NCBI GenBank assembly: GCA_050435405.1
Contig: JBNDKG010000006.1
Coordinates: forward strand, 3,994 to 35,993
Source of the DNA: Clostridiales Family XIII bacterium PM5-7
GTDB taxonomy: Bacteria; Bacillota; Clostridia; Peptostreptococcales; Anaerovoracaceae
Direction of reading: 5' to 3'
DNA: 32,000 bases
Shown: piece by piece, positions 26,566 to 32,000 of the stretch
Position numbering within the stretch: position 1 is the stretch's first letter
How the letters are laid out: every line of letters starts with the position of its first letter
Program-made: the position numbers and the translations under genes
The notes under the pieces: generated by a model
Seen by the model: only the letters and a program-made list of their open reading frames with translations
Database searches by the model: none
What the model was told of the DNA's origin: nothing

Positions 26566-28266
26566 CTACGCAAACAGCTCCGCAGCCTTTGCCAATTCAT
26601 CGATAATCTTAATTTGTTGCGGGCATACTTTCTCGCATTGACCGCAGCCAATACATTTGGTTGCCACGCCACCGTTCCTTGTTTCCCACTGATAATTTCC
26701 TTTGGCACCTTCCACATTTCCGAACACGGTAAGGTTGTTTGATGCTCTGAAGATACCAGGAATGGCAATGGATTCTGGACATCCTTTCTCACAGTATCCA
26801 CAGGCTGTACAAGGCACGTTCGGCATGTTCTTTAGGGTATCCCTCACCTGCGCAACCACCTTCATTTCCTCTTCATTCAGAGGCTGGAATGCCTCCATGG
26901 TCTTTAGATTGTCTTCCATTTGCTCCATGTTACTCATGCCGCTGAGCACAGTAATGACGCCATCCAAGGAAGCCGCAAAGCGAAGTCCCCAAGCAGAAAT
27001 CGATACATCTGGATTGACGTTTTTGAAAATACGCTCCACAGATTCAGGGAGTACGGAAAGGGATCCGCCTTTTAATGGCTCCATGATGATGATTTCTTTA
27101 TTGTATTTTCGCGCCACTTCATAGCAAGCTTTTGCCTCTACCATCGGCGCTTCCCAATCGGCATAGTTGATTTGTAATTGTACAAAATCCACCTCTGGGT
27201 GGGCTTGGAGAACTTTTTCCAACTCCGTGGCTTTGTCGTGCATGGAGAAGCCTAGGTATCTGATTTTCCCCATGGCCTTTTTCTCCGCAAGGAAATCCCA
27301 AATGCGGAATTCATCAAAGGACGCCGTTCTCTTCGGCCCTAAATTGTGTAGAAGGAAGTAATCAAAATTATCCACACCTGTTCTCTTTAGTGACGTTTCG
27401 AACATGGCTTTTGCCTCTTCTTCCGTAGACGCACACCACGCTGGAAGCTTTGTTGCCAAATAGAAGCTGTCTCTTGGATGTCTATCAACCAAAGCCGTCT
27501 TAATGGCCTCTTCAGACTTCCCTTCCAAATAGCCCCACGCCGTATCAAAATAAGTGTAACCCTTGGACAGAAACAAATCCACCATGTCCTTGGTCTGTTC
27601 AATATCAACTTCATTGTCCTTCATTGGCAAACGCATGAATCCAAAGCCCAGCTTTTTGATGTCACTGATTTTCTCGTAGGACTCAGCAGCTTCTCCATCC
27701 AGCTTCACCACGTAACCTAACCCCGGTTTAGGAATCCAATCCCACATGGTCATGCTATCTTCTGGAAACATCTCCTGCATAATGGCTGAGATAACTCCAC
27801 CGTGGCATACAAGTACAGTCGTCGCATCTTTTCCGCGGCGGCTATGCTCTGAAATCAGGGTCTTTAATCCCTCAGATATTCTCGCTGCAAATTGATTCCT
27901 TGTCTCGCCTCCAGGTATCTCCGCGTCTCCAGTTTCATCATAAATCCAAGTGATAAACGGCTCCAAATGCTTCAAGTCGTCATAATGGTTACATTCATAT
28001 TCGCCAAAATTCATTTCTCTAAGCGCTTCAATTACCCCATGTTCTTTCTCTCCGAAAATGGCCCGAAGGGTTTCCTCCGTGCGCACTAAGCCTGTCGTAT
28101 AATACTTGGCGTCATCAGCCACCTCTGGATAAATTCCACTTTGTTTTAGTCGCGCAAGCCCATGGTGCCCCTGCTCGGCTAAGGGCATGTCTGTATGCCC
28201 GTAGAACCAGTTTTTTTGATTCCCTTCTGTAATTCCATGTCTGATCAAAACCAATGTTGATGCCAT
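26566..28266 (-). CDS. Fusion protein: histidine phosphatase (CobC/alpha-ribazole-phosphatase-like) + aldo/keto reductase + C-terminal 2x[4Fe-4S] ferredoxin-like region
   Basis: 566 aa. Residues 1 to about 205 carry LIRHGITEGN (the RHG motif), REMNFGEYE and VCHGGVI. From about residue 207 there is an AKR fold with the catalytic tetrad in context (YFDTAWGY, ATKLP, LLHN). The C-terminus has CTACGYCEKGCP and CIGCGQCEKVCP. The ATG abuts the stop of the upstream gene. Confidence 0.85.
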   Translation of the reverse strand: MASTLVLIRHGITEGNQKNWFYGHTDMPLAEQGHHGLARLKQSGIYPEVADDAKYYTTGLVRTEETLRAIFGEKEHGVIEALREMNFGEYECNHYDDLKHLEPFITWIYDETGDAEIPGGETRNQFAARISEGLKTLISEHSRRGKDATTVLVCHGGVISAIMQEMFPEDSMTMWDWIPKPGLGYVVKLDGEAAESYEKISDIKKLGFGFMRLPMKDNEVDIEQTKDMVDLFLSKGYTYFDTAWGYLEGKSEEAIKTALVDRHPRDSFYLATKLPAWCASTEEEAKAMFETSLKRTGVDNFDYFLLHNLGPKRTASFDEFRIWDFLAEKKAMGKIRYLGFSMHDKATELEKVLQAHPEVDFVQLQINYADWEAPMVEAKACYEVARKYNKEIIIMEPLKGGSLSVLPESVERIFKNVNPDVSISAWGLRFAASLDGVITVLSGMSNMEQMEDNLKTMEAFQPLNEEEMKVVAQVRDTLKNMPNVPCTACGYCEKGCPESIAIPGIFRASNNLTVFGNVEGAKGNYQWETRNGGVATKCIGCGQCEKVCPQQIKIIDELAKAAELFA

Positions 28267-28647
28267 TTACTTCACCTTATTCCCTATCCCGCAGAAGACT
28301 CTAATGACTTCATCAGCCTCCATGCCAAGGTAAGTCATACATCTTCCCGTCATTTCTCTCCATGCTCTCTCTGTTTGATCTATCGGTACTATGCCTTGGG
28401 AAATATCGTCGCAAATGATGATTTTGTCCTTCAGCTTGTCCATGTTTTCTTCTAGACACTCTTTCGCTTCTATGCCTTCCTTCACGCAAGCAAGGACGAA
28501 TTTTTCCAGCCCCGCGATAATTGGTTTCTCAAAGTTGATTACCATTGTTTCCATATCGCATAGATAGATATCTTTTTCCGTTAATTGATAAGTTTTCTGT
28601 GCATATTCAAGTTTCCCTTGATATGCTCCTCCAAAAATTAAAATCAT
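28267..28647 (-). CDS. Short CobU/CobP-like paralog with a degenerate P-loop
   Basis: 126 aa with a strong RBS (AAGAGGTGAAAC). The N-terminus MILIFGGAYQGKL mimics the CobU MILVTGGARSGKS but lacks the Ser/Thr. The C-terminal block DDISQGIVPIDQTERAWREMTGRCMTYLGMEADEVIRVFCGIGNKVK parallels the CobU C-terminus ([23 protein letters not shown]...ADEV.LVVSGIGVKIK, from memory). The central region that would carry the guanylyl-histidine is missing. Confidence 0.7.
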   Translation of the reverse strand: MILIFGGAYQGKLEYAQKTYQLTEKDIYLCDMETMVINFEKPIIAGLEKFVLACVKEGIEAKECLEENMDKLKDKIIICDDISQGIVPIDQTERAWREMTGRCMTYLGMEADEVIRVFCGIGNKVK

Positions 28648-28671
28648 GTTTCACCTCTTAATTATGCCAAG

Positions 28672-29436
28672 CTATAATATCGCCAATGCCAGTATTCCGG
28701 CAAATTCACTAAAGCAGATTGCGTAACCTGCTATATCTCCACTCATTCCGCCCAATTGTTTTCTGGCATACGTACAGGCCAATAAGCCTGTTACCGCCAT
28801 CACCGCCATGGACGCTATGGTCTTCACCCAGTCAGGGCTAATCCACACCGACAGTGCTACAACTGCGGCCACTTGTCCAAGAATTGCCAGCCTATATTTA
28901 ACCCTGCCGGGTTCTTTATAGTCCGAAGCATATTGACTATGCCCAATGGGCTTAAAAGTCAATACGCACAGCCCGCCAATGCCTCGGCTAATGACCGGAA
29001 TCAACAGCAAGTCACCATAAGCGAATTCTCCGCCATCGATCATGACACTGGCCATTGCCGCAAACCAACCTAATAATAGGAACACCACCGTTACCACTGC
29101 AAATGCTCCCACAGTAGAATCCTTCAAAATCCGTTGCCGTTCCTCCAAGGGACGTCTGGACATAATGGCATCATTACAATCCATAAATCCATCCATATGC
29201 ATAAACCCGCAAATGGCGAAAATGGAAAACTCCATAACGATGGTAACGATTAACGGAGGTAATTCAAGTAAGTTGCATACCCAGTACAATGCCATCCAAA
29301 CTCCGCCGACGACTATGCCAACCGAAGGAAGAAACGCAAGCATCATGTTCTTTAAATTGCTTTCCCATCGCTTATATGGGCAAGGTAAGGTAATAAAATT
29401 CCCCCAAGCCATAAAAAAGCCAATGATATAATTCAT
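28672..29436 (-). CDS. cobS: Adenosylcobinamide-GDP ribazoletransferase (cobalamin-5'-phosphate synthase)
   Basis: 254-aa polytopic membrane protein positioned between cobU and the CobC-like gene. It has the conserved acidic stretch HMDGFMDCNDA typical of CobS/CobV. It overlaps cobU by 4 nt (ATGA). Confidence 0.8.
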   Translation of the reverse strand: MNYIIGFFMAWGNFITLPCPYKRWESNLKNMMLAFLPSVGIVVGGVWMALYWVCNLLELPPLIVTIVMEFSIFAICGFMHMDGFMDCNDAIMSRRPLEERQRILKDSTVGAFAVVTVVFLLLGWFAAMASVMIDGGEFAYGDLLLIPVISRGIGGLCVLTFKPIGHSQYASDYKEPGRVKYRLAILGQVAAVVALSVWISPDWVKTIASMAVMAVTGLLACTYARKQLGGMSGDIAGYAICFSEFAGILALAIL

Positions 29437-29981
29437 TTCGTCTCCTGTCTTTTCAAAAAATACTTTTGTCCATACGCTACTTCGATGACTTGATCGCAGG
29501 CTTTTGCTAACTGTTGATCTACATAAGCAAGGGCCCGTCGATAGCGATCAGTATATTCGTCAAAAAACTTCGCATCTGAATATATGTAATCGGATACAAA
29601 CACGGTATTGCCAGTTCGCCTTGCAAATTCAAGCAGCTCCGTTGCAACTCTCCGCTCAGCGTGTTCATCAAAGATACCATCTGCACCAAACATTTCGTTG
29701 GATAACAATGCGGTCACACTATCCAGGAGAAATACACCTTGGGCATTGACCGAATCTGTCAAGGCGTTGCAAATGTCTTTGCCTTGTTCCAGAGTGGTGA
29801 ATCCCCAGCCCTCTCTCTCTCCTATGTGTCTCTTGATTCGGCTTCTATCCTCGTCATCTGTAGGAATCATGGTCGCCACATAATACAATGGAACGCCCTT
29901 ATTCTCCGCCATACTTTTCGCAACCTGCTGTGCGTACATGGATTTACCATTTTTGCACCCGCCGCTGATAAAGATATTCAT
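29433..29981 (-). CDS. cobU: Adenosylcobinamide kinase / adenosylcobinamide-phosphate guanylyltransferase
   Basis: 182 aa. It has an intact P-loop (ISGGCKNGKS), a histidine region RIKRHIGER comparable to CobU RIQHH, and typical CobU length. Its start overlaps the cobT stop (TAATG). Confidence 0.75.
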   Translation of the reverse strand: MNIFISGGCKNGKSMYAQQVAKSMAENKGVPLYYVATMIPTDDEDRSRIKRHIGEREGWGFTTLEQGKDICNALTDSVNAQGVFLLDSVTALLSNEMFGADGIFDEHAERRVATELLEFARRTGNTVFVSDYIYSDAKFFDEYTDRYRRALAYVDQQLAKACDQVIEVAYGQKYFLKRQETK

Positions 29982-31117
29982 TAGAATAAATTTTCCTCTC
30001 TAATTTCTTCTAAATAGCCTCCATCAATGGAGCCTTCTTCTAACGTTTTCATCAAGTTCATTGATGCACACGCTGTTTCAATAATCTTGAATGCAATTGG
30101 ACAACCGCTTCCTTCTCCCAATCTCATGCCTAAATCAAATAGTGGTGAAAGCCCCATCTTTTCCATTGCAATAACATATCCCTTTTCAAAGGATTTATGG
30201 GAAGCAAACATAAAGTCTTTTGCCTTTGGATTCAACTCCTTGGCTACATATGCTGCGACCATGGAAATAAATCCATCAATGACTACAGGGATTCTGTAAA
30301 TGCCTGCACCAATAAACGCACCGACCATTGCGCAAATATCAAACCCACCAACCTTGGCTAATTTTTCAATTGGGTCACTCATGCACCAGTTATTGACTGC
30401 ATCATCAACGATTTTGATTTTTTTCGCTAACCCTTCATCGTTAAGTCCACCGCCTCTGCCAACAACGACTTCCGCTTTCTCTCCAGTAAACGCGCTAAGT
30501 ACTGCTGCGCTAGTGGTGGTGTTTCCAATACCCATTTCACCAACGCCAAAGAGTGTAATTCCTGCGTTCTTCATCGCTTCAACCGACTCTATTCCCGTCA
30601 GCATTGCCTGGATTGCTTCTTCTCTAGTCATGGCTGCTTCTTTCGCCAAATTCTTCGTTCCATTGGCAATTCTTCTGTTGACAATTTTTATCGGAATGGT
30701 TTTATCTTCAGTGAGCATGGCATCTGTTAGCAATTCCTGAGGAATTTCCATTTTTACGCCAACGTCCACTGCTAAAATATCAATGTCAAAATACTTAGCC
30801 ATTGAGCTTACGCCTGTAATTCTTCTCGTAAAATTAATGGTTTGCATTAAGGTCACCGATTGAGGTGCTGAAGTTACGCCCTCTTCTACGACGCCATTGT
30901 CTGCACACATGATCACGACGCACTGTTTGCTCACATCATTATCCATTGCTTTGCCCGTAATTCCTGCAATTTTAATGGAAATGTCTTCAAGATATCCTAA
31001 ACTACCTGGAACCTTAGCCAGATAATCCTGTCGCTCTTTCGCAGCATCCATAGCCGCTGTATCTAAATCTTCAATCTGTCCAATCAATTGAAACAGTATC
31101 TTTTCGTTATTCATCAA
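29981..31117 (-). CDS. cobT: Nicotinate-nucleotide--dimethylbenzimidazole phosphoribosyltransferase
   Basis: 378 aa. The hallmark GVGEMGIGNTTTSAAV is present, along with GRGGGL and the C-terminal LGEGSGC. A GAGGTG RBS precedes the start. Confidence 0.92.
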   Translation of the reverse strand: MMNNEKILFQLIGQIEDLDTAAMDAAKERQDYLAKVPGSLGYLEDISIKIAGITGKAMDNDVSKQCVVIMCADNGVVEEGVTSAPQSVTLMQTINFTRRITGVSSMAKYFDIDILAVDVGVKMEIPQELLTDAMLTEDKTIPIKIVNRRIANGTKNLAKEAAMTREEAIQAMLTGIESVEAMKNAGITLFGVGEMGIGNTTTSAAVLSAFTGEKAEVVVGRGGGLNDEGLAKKIKIVDDAVNNWCMSDPIEKLAKVGGFDICAMVGAFIGAGIYRIPVVIDGFISMVAAYVAKELNPKAKDFMFASHKSFEKGYVIAMEKMGLSPLFDLGMRLGEGSGCPIAFKIIETACASMNLMKTLEEGSIDGGYLEEIREENLF

Positions 31118-31152
31118 TACACCTCAATTCTGCGTTTTTCGCCAATACAAAT

Positions 31153-31161
31153 ATCTTACCA
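31153..31161 (-). promoter_or_regulatory. Putative extended -10 promoter for the cobT operon
   Basis: The minus strand reads TGgTAAGAT about 35 nt upstream of the cobT ATG. The -35 region is a poor T-run. Confidence 0.35.
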
Positions 31162-31191
31162 TATTTTTGTATGAAAAAAAAGTTTCTTATC

Positions 31192-31220
31192 TTGTATTAT
31201 TTCTATGTATTCTTTATAAT
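31192..31220 (+). promoter_or_regulatory. Putative sigma-A promoter for the DMT transporter gene
   Basis: TTGTAT (31192-31197), a 17-nt spacer, then a perfect TATAAT (31215-31220). It sits about 40 nt upstream of the ATG at 31262. Confidence 0.5.
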
Positions 31221-31261
31221 TAGTACCATAGCAATAATTATTTATGTAATAAAGGATGTAT

Positions 31262-32000
31262 ATGATGAACAAAAAACTACAGAGCAACATTATGTTGCTG
31301 ATCACTGCAATTATCTGGGGCTCAGCCTTCGTCGCACAAAAAGCGGGAGCTGTGCTGGAACCGTTTACGTACAACGGTATCCGTATGTTGATTGGTGGAT
31401 TGGTTTTGATCCCAGTCATTTTCGCATTTAGCAAAATCAATAAGCCTGATCCAAGCACCCTTAAGAAAACGGAAGCCGAAAAACAGGCAGAGAAAAAGGT
31501 CTTGATTCTAGGCGGAATCTCTTGTGGAGTTATATTGTGCATTGCTTCGACTTTGCAGCAATTCGGCTTATACTTTGATACTGACGCAGGAAAAGCTGGA
31601 TTCATTACTTCTCTCTATATCGTTATCGTTCCAGTCCTCGGATTATTCTTACGCAAAAAAGTAAGACCTTTAATTTGGGGCTGCGTAGCCTTAGGTGCTG
31701 TTGGATTCTATCTATTGACCATGGCAGGCAAAGGCAGTGGCTTCACCTTGACCACTGGCGATTTATTCGTGCTGGTATGCTCTGTTGCCTTCTCTTGCCA
31801 CATTTTGATCATTGACCATTTCTCACCGAAATGCGATGGCATCAAATTATCTTGTATCCAATTTTTAACGGCAGGCATTATCGGCATCATCTGTATGTTT
31901 ATTTTCGAAACGCCTGTGTGGGCAGACATTTTAGACTGCTGGCTACCAATTATGTACACTGGCGTTATGTCATCAGGCATCGCCTACACATTGCAGGTTC
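31262..32000 (+). CDS. DMT-superfamily (EamA-like) transporter, partial (continues beyond the window end)
   Basis: The ATGATG start follows AAAGGA. The translation MMNKKLQSNIMLLITAIIWGSAFVAQKAGAVLEPFTYNGIRMLIGGLVLIPV... shows repeated hydrophobic helices and the EamA-type signature (WGS.FV..K, F...R). It is open to position 32000, and is absent from the ORF track because it has no stop codon. Confidence 0.8.
   Translation, partial: MMNKKLQSNIMLLITAIIWGSAFVAQKAGAVLEPFTYNGIRMLIGGLVLIPVIFAFSKINKPDPSTLKKTEAEKQAEKKVLILGGISCGVILCIASTLQQFGLYFDTDAGKAGFITSLYIVIVPVLGLFLRKKVRPLIWGCVALGAVGFYLLTMAGKGSGFTLTTGDLFVLVCSVAFSCHILIIDHFSPKCDGIKLSCIQFLTAGIIGIICMFIFETPVWADILDCWLPIMYTGVMSSGIAYTLQV

Noticed and set aside
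31118-31261. Expected a cobalamin riboswitch in the leader of the cobT-cobU-cobS operon.
   Set aside because: Only 144 nt of very AT-rich DNA separate cobT from the divergent DMT gene. The putative -10 leaves a leader of roughly 30 nt. No B12-box-like GCCACTG (CAGTGGC on the plus strand) or GC-rich helices are present. On sequence grounds the operon appears to have no riboswitch.
31171-31431. 86-aa plus-strand ORF with a very hydrophobic N-terminus (MKKKFLILYYFYVFFIISTIAIIIYVI...).
   Set aside because: The hydrophobic stretch is what AT-rich promoter DNA gives when translated (TTT, ATT and TAT codons). There is no RBS. The ORF covers the predicted -35/-10 of the DMT gene and then overlaps that gene out of frame.
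1-32000. CRISPR arrays, tandem or interspersed repeat families, transposases/IS ends, toxin-antitoxin pairs, restriction-modification genes or other defence systems.
   Set aside because: Visual scanning of intergenic regions and ORF translations on both strands found no spacer-repeat periodicity, no DDE/serine/tyrosine recombinase motifs and no nuclease, methylase or NTPase genes of defence type. Intergenic space is small and is accounted for by promoters and terminators.

Overview
The window looks like a chromosomal segment from a low-GC Gram-positive bacterium, probably Bacillota/Clostridia. That placement is an inference from strong GGAGG-type ribosome-binding sites (RBS), extended -10 promoters, secA-prfB and greA-lysS adjacency, a RexB/AddB-type nuclease and an Fe-S aldo/keto reductase (AKR). 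All but two genes lie on the minus strand, tightly packed and often overlapping by 1-7 nt. In window order the minus-strand genes are: a partial membrane-anchored hypothetical protein, a LysO-family exporter, an M20D amidohydrolase, an ABC-F ATPase, then asnS, lysS and greA downstream of a perfect consensus promoter. Next come a 1183-aa protein made of two complete acyl-CoA-synthetase modules, a self-contained 33-aa membrane-peptide gene, an internally deleted beta-carbonic-anhydrase relic, deoD, tRNA-Thr(CGU), addB, a PpaX-like HAD hydrolase, tex, prfB (with the classic +1 frameshift), secA and a CNNM/CorC transporter. birA is on the plus strand. The remaining minus-strand genes are an HD-GYP protein and a cobamide nucleotide-loop cluster (cobT, cobU, cobS, a short degenerate CobU paralog, and a CobC-like phosphatase fused to an Fe-S AKR). 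A partial DMT/EamA transporter on the plus strand ends the window. I see no CRISPR array, transposase, integrase, phage genes or recognisable defence system, so this is mainly a housekeeping region. The features most worth a second look are domain-architecture oddities: the two-module acyl-CoA ligase with a relic stop/start junction, the phosphatase::AKR::ferredoxin fusion, and the duplicated CobU. After those come the gene-decay relic, the autonomous micro-ORF, addB with no adjacent addA, and a long palindrome that engages the 3' end of the tRNA. All homology statements come from motif recognition by eye, not from database searches.
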